Part shown: positions 1 to 9,598 of the stretch, in pieces
Position numbering within the stretch: position 1 is the stretch's first letter
Layout: every line of letters begins with the position of its first letter
Assembly (NCBI GenBank): GCA_037385265.1
Contig: JARRNG010000007.1
Coordinates: forward strand, 1-50,644
Length of the DNA: 50,644 bases
From: Nitrospirota bacterium
GTDB taxonomy: Bacteria; Nitrospirota; Thermodesulfovibrionia; Thermodesulfovibrionales; JdFR-86
Reading direction: 5' to 3'
Notes under the pieces: generated by a model
What the model was told of the DNA's origin: nothing
Database searches by the model: none
What the model saw: only the letters and a program-made list of their open reading frames with translations
Made by a program: the position numbers and the translations under genes

Positions 1-106
1 GCACGTCGCTCTCCGTGACGCCGTCGAGCTCGTCGATGAACTTCTTCACCCGTCCCACGCAGTGCATGCAGCTCATACCCTCTATCATTATCTTCACCTG
101 TGCCAT
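1..106 (-). CDS. Heavy-metal-associated (HMA) domain protein, 5' part only (CopZ-like chaperone or N-terminus of a metal P-type ATPase); continues off the left edge
   Basis: Too short for the ORF track. My translation of the minus strand from ATG 106-104 gives MAQVKIMIEGMSCMHCVGRVKKFIDELDGVTESDV. GMSCxHC is the MxCxxC metal-binding loop. GGAGG lies a few nt upstream of the ATG. Confidence 0.6.
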   Translation of the reverse strand, partial: MAQVKIMIEGMSCMHCVGRVKKFIDELDGVTESDV

Positions 107-309
107 ATCCGTACCTCCCTTTACTATAGGGAATTTTATGCCCAAAAGAGCGAAAAATCAAGGCGGGGACGGCACTGACGAGGCCAAGGATAGATGAAAA
201 CCATAGCACCACCTTTTGCTCTGCCCCGTGAATTTGCCCATTACGACTTGCTCTCGTTTCGGGTTTCTCCATCGGATGCAGTAGGAAAAATGACGCTAAA
301 CTCCCTCCC

Positions 310-1758
310 CTACCTGGCCGGGAGCTCGAGTATCGGGGCGATGACGAGAAGCCTCTGCTGGGCGTGGCGCCCGAAATCGTTATCCGGGGCGACCTTGACC
401 TGGGCGGCGTATTCGTTATAGGCCGAGCGGATATCGCCCACAGCCTCGTAGCAGACGCCGAGCATGCCGTGCACCTCCGGGTGCCCGGGCGCGGCGGCCG
501 CCACGTCCCTCAGGTAGGGTATCGCCTCGCCGTATCGCTGGAGTTGGAAGTTGCTAGCCCCGGCGCCGAGCTTGGAGCCCAAGTGGCCGGGGTAGAGCCT
601 GAGGCTGTCCTCGAAATCGCCGAGGGCGCGCCGATAGTCGCCCCGGAGATAGCTAGCAGCGCCGCTGCCGAAGATGGCGGGCTGAAAACCCGGGTCGTAG
701 GAAAGGGCCATGTCGAACTGACGCGCCGCCTCGGCGTAGCGTTCTTCCTTGAGCCTTATGAGGCCGTAGAGATTGTAGAACGGGGCCTGCTCGGGGTTGC
801 CGGCGATTGCCTCCTGGAGGGCGCGCTCGGCCTCCGCGAGCTTATCGTCGCCGTAGAGCTTCCTCGCCCTGTCGTAGGGGAAGTAGTTTTTGTTTATCTC
901 TCGAAGACGCTTGGTCATCCGGAGGAAGATTTCCCTGTGCTCGCCGTCCCCTTCCAAGGTGTAGGGTGGGAGAGTGTTTATCATGGCGCGGATCTCCTCG
1001 AGCCTGACCTCCTCCCTCGGATGGGTGGAAAGGAGCGCCCCCAGGACCGAGTCCTTCCTCTCCGTGCCGGTCCGCCTCATGTACCCCTCCACTGCAGCCT
1101 GGAGCCTCTCGTGCGCCCTCAGGGCCTCGTAGGGGTCGTAGCCCAGTTCCGCCATGTAGCGCACGCCAAGGCTGTCGGCCTGGAGCTCCTGGTCGCGTCC
1201 GAACTTGAGGAGAACAAGGCTGCCCCCTATCCCCCCGGCCTGGGTGAACAGGTCCCCGCCTGAGCCACCCAGGGCAGCGCCACCCGCGGCCAGCCCCAGT
1301 TGCATGAGAGTGGCCTGCGAGAGCCGCTGGGCCGTGTGCCGGGCCATGACGTGGCCGGTCTCGTGCCCCATGATGGCGACAAACTGGGCCTCGTTCTCAA
1401 GCTCCGCCAGGAGCCCCCTCGTAATGGCAAGGTGTCCCGGAAGGGCGAAGGCGTTGGGCACGGAGGTGTTCTGGACATAGAAATCAAGGGGCAGCTGCGG
1501 GCGCTCGGAGTTCGCCCAGAGGGTCTTCACTATGGCGTCGAGATACGCCTCGAGCTCCGGGTCGCGGTATTCGCCGTCGAAGGACCACTTCATGGAAGGA
1601 GCCGCCTCGCGGCCGAGTTCGATCTCCTGGGCCTCGGAGACCAGCATCAGCTCCGTGCGCCCGGTGACTGGATTCACCGCGCAGGCCCCAAGGGCCAGGA
1701 CCATGAGCAGCAAGGCGACGAGTCTTGCAATGACGCCTCCGAGAGTTTTAGCGGCCAT
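310..1758 (-). CDS. M48-family zinc metalloprotease with C-terminal TPR repeats (BepA/YfgC-like architecture), lipoprotein-type signal
   Basis: 482-aa ORF. HExxH lies in MGHETGHVMARH. The signal is LLMVLALGAC. The C-terminal half is TPR-like (YNLYGLIRLKEERYAEAARQFDMAL...). Confidence 0.85.
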   Translation of the reverse strand: MAAKTLGGVIARLVALLLMVLALGACAVNPVTGRTELMLVSEAQEIELGREAAPSMKWSFDGEYRDPELEAYLDAIVKTLWANSERPQLPLDFYVQNTSVPNAFALPGHLAITRGLLAELENEAQFVAIMGHETGHVMARHTAQRLSQATLMQLGLAAGGAALGGSGGDLFTQAGGIGGSLVLLKFGRDQELQADSLGVRYMAELGYDPYEALRAHERLQAAVEGYMRRTGTERKDSVLGALLSTHPREEVRLEEIRAMINTLPPYTLEGDGEHREIFLRMTKRLREINKNYFPYDRARKLYGDDKLAEAERALQEAIAGNPEQAPFYNLYGLIRLKEERYAEAARQFDMALSYDPGFQPAIFGSGAASYLRGDYRRALGDFEDSLRLYPGHLGSKLGAGASNFQLQRYGEAIPYLRDVAAAAPGHPEVHGMLGVCYEAVGDIRSAYNEYAAQVKVAPDNDFGRHAQQRLLVIAPILELPAR

Positions 1759-1773
1759 AGGGGAAGTTCCCGG

Positions 1774-2130
1774 TTAAAAGTCTTTCTCGAGCCTGGCGAC
1801 TGCGCTTCTTAGGACGTACCTGCCCTTGCCGTAGTTTCCCTCGGGCCTTATCACCAGCGCGAGGTAGTACTCGTCGTTGATCTTGCGCATGATTATTCCA
1901 CAGAGGTCGGAGATTATCGAAAACTCCTTTGCCTCGCCGAGGCCGAGGTTTTCGGCGGCGAATTTGATGTCCCTCATCATCTGCGACGTCTCGGCTCCCA
2001 GGGCGGTGAGATCTATGACCTTCTCGCGGTCGTACTCCTCGACGGGCATGCCGTCGGTGCCGATTATCATGGCCGAGACGGCGCCCTCAACGCGGTTGAC
2101 GATGCCGCTAAGCGTTTCCGAAAAATTCAT
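1774..2130 (-). CDS. Roadblock/LC7 (MglB-like) domain protein
   Basis: 118 aa. The N-terminus LSGIVNRVEGAVSAMIIGTDGMPVEEY and the overall length are typical of Roadblock/LC7 proteins. It overlaps the upstream TPR gene by 23 nt. Confidence 0.7.
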   Translation of the reverse strand: MNFSETLSGIVNRVEGAVSAMIIGTDGMPVEEYDREKVIDLTALGAETSQMMRDIKFAAENLGLGEAKEFSIISDLCGIIMRKINDEYYLALVIRPEGNYGKGRYVLRSAVARLEKDF

Positions 2131-3220
2131 TTTTCCTCTTCATTATACCGTCCAGGAATTTCTCGAGCCTGGCCGCGGTTATGTCCTTGTCTCTACCCAG
2201 GAGTTTCAGTAGTGACTGAAGTTCATGGAGCCCCTGCAGAGCCACCTTGTTGTCCGGGTCCCCCTTGAGAATGCCCTCGTACACTTCTATGGCCTCGGCG
2301 TACTCCTCGTTGCGGACGTGCTCCTGCGCCTTCTGCTCCTCCGAGGGCGCCTTGAGGGCCTCGCCGACCGGAGAAAGCTCCTCGAATTCCTCATCGAGGT
2401 ATTCCGTCTCGGCCTCCACCTCTGCGGCCTCCGTCTCCTCGAGAACTTCCTCTACCGGAGCTGCCTCCTCCCAGGCGGCCTCCAGGGTCTCTTCCTCCAC
2501 CGCCTCAGCCTCCACGGCATCGAGGTATTCCGCCTCGGCCTCCACCTCGGCGGCCTCTGTCTCCTCGATAACCTCCTCTACCGGAGCTGCCTCCTCCGCG
2601 GCGGCCTCCAGGGTCTCTTCCTCTTTCTCTTCCCCGGCAAAAGTGAGTTCTTCGCCTTCCTCCACCATCGTCAAGGGGGTCAGCGCCTCGCCCTCGTGCT
2701 CAGGCCACTCCTCGGCCTCAAGGCCCTCGCCCCGGGCAAGGGAAAGCAGAAACTCCTCGTCCTCGGGCGACAGCTCCTCCTCCGCCGCCTCCTGGGCGGG
2801 CTCGGCGACCTCCTTCTCCGGAGCGGGAGGCTTCGAGAGGTCCTCGAGGATATTCTGCGCTTCTTCGTCCATAGGATTGAGCTTAAGCACCCTCCTGTAC
2901 TGCTCGATGGCGGCCAGGGTCTCGCCCTTCTGCTTCAGGATGTCGGCGAGCTTTCTCCGGGCGAAGAGGTTGTCGGGGATGGAGCTAACCACGGCCTCGA
3001 ACTCAGCCCTGGCTTCGTCGAGCAATCCCTGTTCGAGGTAAATTTTCCCCAGGGCGACCCGGGCGCTCGTATGCTTGGGCTGGCGACCGAGCCCATCCTT
3101 AAGAACCTTGACGGCCTCGTCGAGCATGCCGGCCTTGCGGTATTCCTCGGCAAGCGGGACGAAAAGCTTCGAGGACGGGTCTTTCTCTACCTTCTCTCTA
3201 AGTTCTGTTATCTTATCCAT
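2108..3220 (-). CDS. TPR-repeat protein with a central highly acidic, internally duplicated E/A-rich linker
   Basis: 370 aa. TPR-like segments lie at both ends (AEEYRKAGMLDEAVKVLKDGL...; EEYAEAIEVYEGILKGDPDN). The centre is a duplicated 42-aa acidic unit. Confidence 0.7.
   Translation of the reverse strand: MDKITELREKVEKDPSSKLFVPLAEEYRKAGMLDEAVKVLKDGLGRQPKHTSARVALGKIYLEQGLLDEARAEFEAVVSSIPDNLFARRKLADILKQKGETLAAIEQYRRVLKLNPMDEEAQNILEDLSKPPAPEKEVAEPAQEAAEEELSPEDEEFLLSLARGEGLEAEEWPEHEGEALTPLTMVEEGEELTFAGEEKEEETLEAAAEEAAPVEEVIEETEAAEVEAEAEYLDAVEAEAVEEETLEAAWEEAAPVEEVLEETEAAEVEAETEYLDEEFEELSPVGEALKAPSEEQKAQEHVRNEEYAEAIEVYEGILKGDPDNKVALQGLHELQSLLKLLGRDKDITAARLEKFLDGIMKRKNEFFGNA
2396..2625. repeat. 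Tandem duplication of a 126-bp (42-codon) unit inside the TPR gene
   Basis: gaggtattccgtctcggcctccacctc... at 2396 recurs at 2522 (gaggtattccgcctcggcctccacctc...). The protein units are EEETLEAAAEEAAPVEEVIEETEAAEVEAEAEYLD and EEETLEAAWEEAAPVEEVLEETEAAEVEAETEYLD. Confidence 0.85.
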
Positions 3221-3264
3221 GAGGTGCGGAGCCTATGTCATTTTTTATGAAACTATTGCAAATG

Positions 3265-4461
3265 TCAAGCCCAAAGGGAAGCCAGCCTCTCGAGAACTAG
3301 TCCGGCCACTTCGTCTTTCGACAGAAGCGGGTACTCCTCGGCGCCTCCCTTGTCCATTATAACCACCTTGTTGGTATCGGTTCCGAAACCCGAGCCCTCC
3401 GCGGCGATGTCGTTATAGACCATTATGTCGGCGCCCTTCTCCCGGAGTTTCTTTCTCGCCCTTTCGAGGTTGCCGCCCGCCTCGGCAGCAAAGCCCACTA
3501 TGACGGGCCTCCTTTTCCTTCTTCCCACCTCAGCCAGGATGTCGGGGGTTCTTTCAACCTTGATTGAGACAACCTTTGACTTCTCCGTCTTTCCCCCTGC
3601 CTTCACCGCCGGCCGGAAGTCTCCCACGGCGGCGGCCATTATGAGGGCGTGGGCGCCCTTGAGGCTTTCCAGGACGGCCTCCCTCATCTCCTCGGCAGAC
3701 TCAACGGCCTTGAAGGCCACCCCCCCGGGAGGCGATAGCTCCGAGGGGCCGCTTACGAGCGTGACCTCGGCGCCCATCCTCCTTGCCCTCCTGGCAATGG
3801 CGTATCCCATCCTGCCGCTCGAGGGGTTGGACATGAACCTCACGGCGTCCATGTATTCCCGTGTCGGCCCGGCGGTCACGACGAGCTTTCTCCCCGCGAG
3901 GGACTTCTCCGTGAGGGCCGAGGAGGCGGCATCGACTATCCTCTCTATGGTGGCCATCCTTCCCCTTCCCTCCTCGCCGCAGGCGAGCCTGCCCTCCTCG
4001 GGCGGAACCTCCTCCACGCCGAGGGACTTGAGGTACTCGAGGTTCTTCTGTAGGGTGGGGTGTTCGTACATGCGCCAGTTCATTGCCGGGGCCACGACGA
4101 CCTTGCCCCTGAAGGCCATATAGACGGTGCTCAAGAGGTCGTCCGCCACGCCGGAGGCGAACTTGCCTATGGAGTTGGCCGTGGCGGGCGCCACGAGCAT
4201 GAGGTCGGAGTCCCTGGCCAGAGAAATATGGGGGGCGGCCACGGGCTCGTCAAAGAGCCCCCTGTAGACCCTGTTGCCCGATGCGATCTCCAGGGAGAGG
4301 GGGGTGACAAAACGAGAGGAGGCATCGGTCATCACCACCGTGACCGATGCCCCCTCTTGTTTTAAAGCCTTTACCAGGTCCGGGGCCTTGTAGGACGCGA
4401 CGCTGCCCGTCACGCCCAGAAGGACCGCGCTATTCTTCAGACCCTTCTTCTTCTGTTTCAC
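3265..4461 (-). CDS. coaBC: Bifunctional phosphopantothenoylcysteine decarboxylase / phosphopantothenate-cysteine ligase
   Basis: It has a flavoprotein N-domain (LLGVTGSVASYKAPDLV) and a CoaB ligase C-domain. The 437-aa track ORF runs into rpoZ. The likely real start is GTG 4461 (VKQKKKGLKN...), but this is uncertain. Confidence 0.85.
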   Translation of the reverse strand: MKQKKKGLKNSAVLLGVTGSVASYKAPDLVKALKQEGASVTVVMTDASSRFVTPLSLEIASGNRVYRGLFDEPVAAPHISLARDSDLMLVAPATANSIGKFASGVADDLLSTVYMAFRGKVVVAPAMNWRMYEHPTLQKNLEYLKSLGVEEVPPEEGRLACGEEGRGRMATIERIVDAASSALTEKSLAGRKLVVTAGPTREYMDAVRFMSNPSSGRMGYAIARRARRMGAEVTLVSGPSELSPPGGVAFKAVESAEEMREAVLESLKGAHALIMAAAVGDFRPAVKAGGKTEKSKVVSIKVERTPDILAEVGRRKRRPVIVGFAAEAGGNLERARKKLREKGADIMVYNDIAAEGSGFGTDTNKVVIMDKGGAEEYPLLSKDEVAGLVLERLASLWA

Positions 4462-4846
4462 CCTTTTCCTGTTTTTCCCCGAAAAGCTCCTCGAGAGAGC
4501 TGCGCTCGACGCCCTCCCTCTCGTGGAGGTATATCCGCAGGTCCTTCTCGAGCTCCGACAGGTCCTCGGGCCTCGCAAGCCTCCTCCTCTCCTCGAGGAA
4601 GCGCTTGTAGTCGAACTTCTTCGACTCCTCTATCTGCGCCCTGGCCTCTTCGCCCACGGTGAACTCAAGGGCGTTGCTGATGGCCTCTTCGAGTGATATG
4701 AGAGGGGGCTTCTTGTAGCGGGTTTCGATCTTCGGCCTCGCGCCGAAGGCAATCTCCCGCGCCCTCTGGGCCGCCACGGCAACCAGCCTGAAACGGCTGT
4801 CCAGCTTATCCTTGTCGTATTCAATAGGGAGAGAAATTATATCCAT
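4430..4846 (-). CDS. rpoZ: DNA-directed RNA polymerase subunit omega, with a long acidic C-terminal tail
   Basis: The N-terminus SRFRLVAVAAQRAREI is the RpoZ signature. The gene sits between gmk and coaBC. Confidence 0.85.
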   Translation of the reverse strand: MDIISLPIEYDKDKLDSRFRLVAVAAQRAREIAFGARPKIETRYKKPPLISLEEAISNALEFTVGEEARAQIEESKKFDYKRFLEERRRLARPEDLSELEKDLRIYLHEREGVERSSLEELFGEKQEKGETEEEGSEE

Positions 4847-4857
4847 CAGGGATCCTC

Positions 4858-5490
4858 CTACCTAAGAAAATTCCTTTCGACCCACTCGCGGTCAACGCGT
4901 CCGGAGCCCTTTCGCCTTGCCGTCACTATGGCCTCGAGCTCCCCGAGGGCCCGTTCGAAATCGTCGTTTACTATAACATAATCATAATGTTCATAGTCCC
5001 GGATCTCGTCCCTGGCCCTGGAGAGGCGCCTCCGGACGACCTCAGGGGAGTCGGTCTTCCTGCCGCCCAGCCTCTCCTGGAGGGCGTCCATCGAGGGAGG
5101 GAGCACAAAGACGTATATCCCGCCGGGGAATCGCTCCCGAAGCTGCCTCGCGCCCTGCACGTCGATGTCCAAAAGGAGGTCGGAGCCCCCGGCCAGTGTC
5201 TCCTTGAGCGTCCGCCCGGAGGTCCCGTATAGGTTTCCATGAACCTCGGCCCATTCGGCGAATTCGCCGGAGTCTGCCATCCGGCGGAACTCCGCTTCGT
5301 CCACGAAGACGTAATCCACACCGTCGGCCTCGCCTGCCCGCGGGGCCCTCGTGGTGTAGGAGACGGAAAACTCGATTCCCGGCATCATCGAAATGAGCCT
5401 CCTGCAGAGGGTGGTCTTTCCCGCCCCAGAGGGAGCCGAGACGACGAAGAGGTCGCCCCTGGGCCTACTCACCCTCTCGCCCCCTCGCAT
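4858..5490 (-). CDS. gmk: Guanylate kinase
   Basis: P-loop [11 protein letters not shown], then [22 protein letters not shown]. The start may be the internal GTG at 5472. Confidence 0.9.
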   Translation of the reverse strand: MRGGERVSRPRGDLFVVSAPSGAGKTTLCRRLISMMPGIEFSVSYTTRAPRAGEADGVDYVFVDEAEFRRMADSGEFAEWAEVHGNLYGTSGRTLKETLAGGSDLLLDIDVQGARQLRERFPGGIYVFVLPPSMDALQERLGGRKTDSPEVVRRRLSRARDEIRDYEHYDYVIVNDDFERALGELEAIVTARRKGSGRVDREWVERNFLR

Positions 5491-5740
5491 CGTTGAACTT
5501 CGACGCGATGGTCTCGGGCTGAAGCGCGCTGAGAATTATGTGGCCGCTGTCCGTGACGATGATGGAGCGTGTGCGCCTGCCCTCAGTGGCGTCTATGAGC
5601 CTGCCGGCGCTTCGGGACTCGTCCCTGAGCCTCTTCATGGGGGCAGACACGGGCGACACCACCGCCACTATCTTCGACGCCATCACCATGTTTCCGTAAC
5701 CAATGTTTATCAGGACAGGCCCGTGCTCGCCTTTTTTCAT
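5465..5740 (-). CDS. remA: DUF370 / RemA-family regulator
   Basis: 91 aa. [29 protein letters not shown]...[24 protein letters not shown] matches the RemA/YlzA pattern. It sits in the conserved position between yicC and gmk. Confidence 0.85.
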   Translation of the reverse strand: MKKGEHGPVLINIGYGNMVMASKIVAVVSPVSAPMKRLRDESRSAGRLIDATEGRRTRSIIVTDSGHIILSALQPETIASKFNDARGREGE

Positions 5741-5759
5741 CCCCTCCGCGCTCTCTCCC

Positions 5760-6608
5760 TCACTGGATGTTCTGCGCCTGCTCCCTGGCCTTTTCTATCT
5801 CTGCCTTCATCTCGATGACGATCTCCGCTATCCTGTAGTCGTCGGTCTTCGAGGCGATGGTGTTGGCCTCCCGGTTAAGCTCCTGGAAGAGGAAGTCGAG
5901 CTTGCGCCCCACGGCCCCTCCCTTTTCGAGGATGTCCCTCATGTGGGCTATGTGGTTCGCTATCCGGGTCGTCTCCTCCGTGATGTCGGCCCGCTCGGCG
6001 GCCCCCGCCGCCTCCTGCATGAGGCGCGAGTCCTCGCAACCTCTGTCGGCGAACATCTCCCTGAGCCTCTCGAAAAGCCTGGCCTTCGCCGCCTCCATGG
6101 CCCGGGGCGCGATGGAGACGACCTCGTCGTTCAGCCTGGCGAGGGAGTCGGCCCGCATGGCAATCTCGGCCGAGAGGGCGTCTCCCTCTTTCGCCCTCAT
6201 CTCCTCAAGCCCCGCGACGGCCCTCTCGAAGGCCCCGAAAAGGGCCGCCTCGTCGTACTCCACCTCCTCGTTGAGGAAGACGTCCCGCCAGTGGAGGAGC
6301 ATCCCGAGGTCCACCCGGCCCTCCACGCCGACCTCCTCCTGGAGGTCCACGAGGGCCCTGCGGACTTCCCTGGCGATCTCGGCATTGGGCTTCAGCTTAA
6401 GCTTGCCCGCGCCCGCGGCCGAGACGTAGACGTCGAACTTGCCCCTGTCGAACTTCTGCTGGAGGGCGCTCCTGAGCTTCATCTCGTGGCGGCCGAGCAC
6501 CGGGGGCATCTTGAGGGATATGTCCATGAAACGGTGGTTCAGGGAGCGAATCTCCACCCTGAAACCGCCGTCTTCCGCGGAACCGAACCCGGTCATCCCC
6601 TGAATCAT
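5760..6608 (-). CDS. yicC: YicC/YloC-family protein (stress-induced, endoribonuclease family)
   Basis: 282 aa. The N-terminus is MTGFGSAE and the C-terminus is [10 protein letters not shown]...[13 protein letters not shown]. Both are typical of YicC N- and C-domains. Confidence 0.85.
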   Translation of the reverse strand: MIQGMTGFGSAEDGGFRVEIRSLNHRFMDISLKMPPVLGRHEMKLRSALQQKFDRGKFDVYVSAAGAGKLKLKPNAEIAREVRRALVDLQEEVGVEGRVDLGMLLHWRDVFLNEEVEYDEAALFGAFERAVAGLEEMRAKEGDALSAEIAMRADSLARLNDEVVSIAPRAMEAAKARLFERLREMFADRGCEDSRLMQEAAGAAERADITEETTRIANHIAHMRDILEKGGAVGRKLDFLFQELNREANTIASKTDDYRIAEIVIEMKAEIEKAREQAQNIQ

Positions 6609-6754
6609 CCATAAAATATAGAACAGCAGGCGGATTTAGTCAAATAAGCTAAAGGAGGCATACGCCCCCGCGCGAACGAAAACCGAGGGGGAACAGCCAG
6701 ACCTGGAAAGGCGAGGGAAGATGGACTCCGGAAGCGCCCCGCAGGGCACTCCGG

Positions 6755-7459
6755 CTACAGGTATTTCTTAAGAATCTCCATATCGAGGTTCACGCTCGCG
6801 GCGATCTCCAGGCCCTCCATGCTCAGCTCTTCGAGGTGGGGCATCTCGCCTATTACGGGCACCGGCGAGAGCTCCTCGATGACGGCGGGGTTGGTCTGCT
6901 CGGCAAGGGTGTTTTCGGAGGGACAGGGATGGTTTATGACTACCCCTGCAAGCTCGAGCCCCACGCTCCTGGCCAGTTCGAGCGTAAGGAGCGTGTGGTT
7001 AATGGCGCCCAGGTACGCGGGGGCCACGACCATCACGGGAAGGCCCAGGTCAACCGCAAGGTCCGACACGAAGTAGTCCCTCAGTATGGGCACCCTGATT
7101 CCGCCAATGCCCTCCACGACGAGGGCGTCGTACCTCTCGGAAAGCTCCCTGAAGCTCTCGCCTATCCTCTTCAGGTCTATCTCGTCCCCCGTTCTCTCGG
7201 CGGCGACCCAGGGGGCAAGAGGCTCGGCGAAGCGGTAGGGCGTAAGGCTTTCGAGGGACTCGGAGACCCCCGAGGCCTCCCTGAGGAAGGCCCCGTCGGC
7301 GGCCACGAGCTCGCCGCCCTCGCGGCGGCAGCCCGTCTCCAGCGGCTTCATCCCGCAGACGGAGAGGCCCTCCCGTTTGAGGAGCCGGATGAGGGCCGCG
7401 GCGACCACGGTCTTTCCCACGCCCGTGTCGGTGGCCGTTATGAAGAAACCCTTGGCCAT
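6755..7459 (-). CDS. bioD: Dethiobiotin synthase (ATP-dependent)
   Basis: GFFITATDTGVGKTVVAAAL P-loop, 234 aa. Confidence 0.85.
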   Translation of the reverse strand: MAKGFFITATDTGVGKTVVAAALIRLLKREGLSVCGMKPLETGCRREGGELVAADGAFLREASGVSESLESLTPYRFAEPLAPWVAAERTGDEIDLKRIGESFRELSERYDALVVEGIGGIRVPILRDYFVSDLAVDLGLPVMVVAPAYLGAINHTLLTLELARSVGLELAGVVINHPCPSENTLAEQTNPAVIEELSPVPVIGEMPHLEELSMEGLEIAASVNLDMEILKKYL

Positions 7460-7460
7460 G

Positions 7461-8171
7461 CTATGCCCTTGAATCTATCACAAAAACCTGCCCCGTGATA
7501 GACCCCGTCCCCACGAGCCAGGCCACGAATTCGGCGGCCTCCGCCGGGTCGGATAGCCTTCCGAGGAGGCTCCGCCCACGGGCGGCCTCCATCGCCTTCG
7601 GACTCGAGGCGCCCATCCCGGTGGGCATGTAGCCCGGAAGGACCGAGTTTACCCTGATGCCATGGGCCGAAAACTCCACTGCTGCCGAGGCCGAAAGCCC
7701 CAGGAGAGCGGCCTTCGAGGCGCTGTAGGCGGCCTGCCCCTCCCTGCCCCGGAGGCCCGAAATCGAAGAGATGTTCACGATGTGGCCTCCGCCGGAATCC
7801 TTCATGAGGGGGAAGAAAGCGCGCATCGTGTTGAAAGAGCCCAGGAGGTTTGTCCTCATCACCCGGTCCCAGTCCTCCTCACGAAGCCTAACGAGGGGTG
7901 CGTCGGAGGTGATGCCCGCATTGTTGACAAGGACGTCCAAGCGGCCCCACTTCTGCCTTATGAGAGAGGCCATTTTCTCCACGGCTCCGGGGTCGCCCAC
8001 ATCGGCCCCGATGGGAAGCGCCCCGCCCCCGAGCTTGGAGGCCAGGGCCTCCGACTCGGCTCGCCCTCGCAGGTAATTCAGAGCGACCCGGTAGCCGTGG
8101 GCCGAAAGGACCCTGGCTATTTCGCCGCCAAGCCCTCTTGAGCCGCCGGTAACTAAAGCCGTGCGCAGCAT
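7461..8171 (-). CDS. Short-chain dehydrogenase/reductase, FabG-like
   Basis: It has TGGSRGLG, NNAG and YSASKAAL motifs. Its stop is 1 nt from the bioD start. Confidence 0.8.
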   Translation of the reverse strand: MLRTALVTGGSRGLGGEIARVLSAHGYRVALNYLRGRAESEALASKLGGGALPIGADVGDPGAVEKMASLIRQKWGRLDVLVNNAGITSDAPLVRLREEDWDRVMRTNLLGSFNTMRAFFPLMKDSGGGHIVNISSISGLRGREGQAAYSASKAALLGLSASAAVEFSAHGIRVNSVLPGYMPTGMGASSPKAMEAARGRSLLGRLSDPAEAAEFVAWLVGTGSITGQVFVIDSRA

Positions 8172-8224
8172 CGCATATTATAGCAACCCGCTGCGGCGCA
8201 GCAAGGGCGGTGGCTGGGGGTCCC

Positions 8225-8608
8225 TTAAACCCTTTCTCCCCGGTAGCCGATGGTGCTGAAGGCCACGGCCAGCAGCCAAACGACAGGCCCTATGAGCCCC
8301 TTTTCGAGGGGGACGTATCCTGGGGCGAGAACCGCGAAGATGAAGCCCATGCTGGCGAGGCTTACAAGCACGAGGTTTACCCAATAGCCAACGGGCCTGT
8401 TCTTCCAGTTATAGACCGCCGCCACCACTATGGAGGCGACGGCCATCCAAAGCATGTTCCAGGCGCCCTGAAACAGCCACCCCCCCACGTCCTCCATCCC
8501 CGGCGGCATGGCGGTGGAGGCGGCGTAGACGCCCAGGGCGCTCCTTATGTGGAGCACGCCCCATATCATGTAAAACACGGCCCCTATCTGATGCGCGTAT
8601 CGCTTCAA
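8225..8608 (-). CDS. Hypothetical integral membrane protein (about 4 TM segments)
   Basis: 127 aa with hydrophobic segments rich in W, G and A. I recognised no family. Confidence 0.5.
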   Translation of the reverse strand: MKRYAHQIGAVFYMIWGVLHIRSALGVYAASTAMPPGMEDVGGWLFQGAWNMLWMAVASIVVAAVYNWKNRPVGYWVNLVLVSLASMGFIFAVLAPGYVPLEKGLIGPVVWLLAVAFSTIGYRGERV

Positions 8609-8686
8609 ATGGCTCTCCTCTAAGTAGACATCATAGCGGCCGTCTGGGCGGCAGTCAATAGGGCGAGCCCCGGAAACATTAAATTA

Positions 8687-8715
8687 TTGACAGTTTTTCA
8701 TATATGATGTATTAT
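8687..8715 (+). promoter_or_regulatory. Sigma-70-type promoter for the TrmB-family gene
   Basis: TTGACA (8687-8692), a 17-nt spacer, then TATTAT (8710-8715). The GTG start at 8724 lies only about 8 nt after the -10 box. Confidence 0.5.
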
Positions 8716-8723
8716 TCACTACC

Positions 8724-9527
8724 GTGGTAGTTAATAATCTTGTCCACCACCTGAGGGAGGCCGGTCTCACGGAATACGAGGCCAGGGCCTATATCACCCT
8801 GGTGCGGGAAAATCCGCTCACGGCCTACGAGATCGCCCGGAGGTCTGGCATCCCCACCTCGAAGGTCTACGGGGTGGTCTCGCGGCTTGCCGAAAGGGGC
8901 GTCCTCTCGGTGCGGGGCGAGGGGCGGGCGAGGAGCTACGTCCCCATAGACGCCGAGGAGTTCGTGTCGGGCCTCCGGGGCAGGATCCACGACACCCTCG
9001 TCCAGATAGAGGGCGGCCTGGCCACCCTGGGCGGAAGGCCCGGTTCGCGGCAGATAGTCAACGTAGCGGGTTACGGCCACGTCATGGACAAGGCGCGCAG
9101 GCTCATCTCGGGCGCCCGCGAGACCGTCCTCGCCTCGGTCTGGAAAGAGGAGATGGCCGGCCTGGACCAGGCGATAACGGAGGCCAGGGCCAGGTACGTG
9201 AAATGCGCCGTGGTGCACTTCGGCCCTACCCCCTTCAGGTCCGCCGACGTCTTCCACCATCCCGCGGAGGGCAAGGGAAGGGGCGAAAGGGGCATAGTGA
9301 TAGTGGCGGACTCCGCCGAGGCGCTAACCGGCACCATATTGCCCGACGGCTCGGCCGAGGGGGCCGCGAGTTCAAACCGGGGCTTCGTCTCCCTGGCCGA
9401 GGAGTACATCCGGCACGACATATATTTCATGAAGCTCACCCGCCGCTTCGACAGACACTTCCGGCAGGTCTTCGGCCAGGGCTACGAGATGCTCAGGGAC
9501 GTCTTCAGCGACGAGGCAAGCGGCTGA
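8724..9527 (+). CDS. TrmB-family transcriptional regulator
   Basis: LREAGLTEYEARAYITLVRENPLTAYEIARRSGIPTSKVYGVVSRLAERGVL is a TrmB-type winged helix. 267 aa. Confidence 0.8.
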   Translation: MVVNNLVHHLREAGLTEYEARAYITLVRENPLTAYEIARRSGIPTSKVYGVVSRLAERGVLSVRGEGRARSYVPIDAEEFVSGLRGRIHDTLVQIEGGLATLGGRPGSRQIVNVAGYGHVMDKARRLISGARETVLASVWKEEMAGLDQAITEARARYVKCAVVHFGPTPFRSADVFHHPAEGKGRGERGIVIVADSAEALTGTILPDGSAEGAASSNRGFVSLAEEYIRHDIYFMKLTRRFDRHFRQVFGQGYEMLRDVFSDEASG

Positions 9528-9598
9528 GAATAGAGGCCCGCACACGTCTTCCGCGCGCTTTACAAACCGGCTCCCCATACGCATAATAACTGTCTGCC

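Noticed and set aside
2396-2625. The tandem 126-bp repeat considered as a possible CRISPR or other non-coding array.
   Set aside because: There are only two copies, with no spacers. The repeat is in frame within a long ORF and encodes a duplicated acidic peptide module.
364-3250. Long plus-strand ORFs (364-1263, 1300-1812, 2225-3250, 2247-3041) opposite the M48 protease and TPR genes.
   Set aside because: They are antisense shadows of well-supported minus-strand genes and are low-complexity (S/A/L/R-rich). The same reasoning applies to 5703-6614, 15796-17169, 22651-23553, 23357-24199, 11895-12860 and similar entries.
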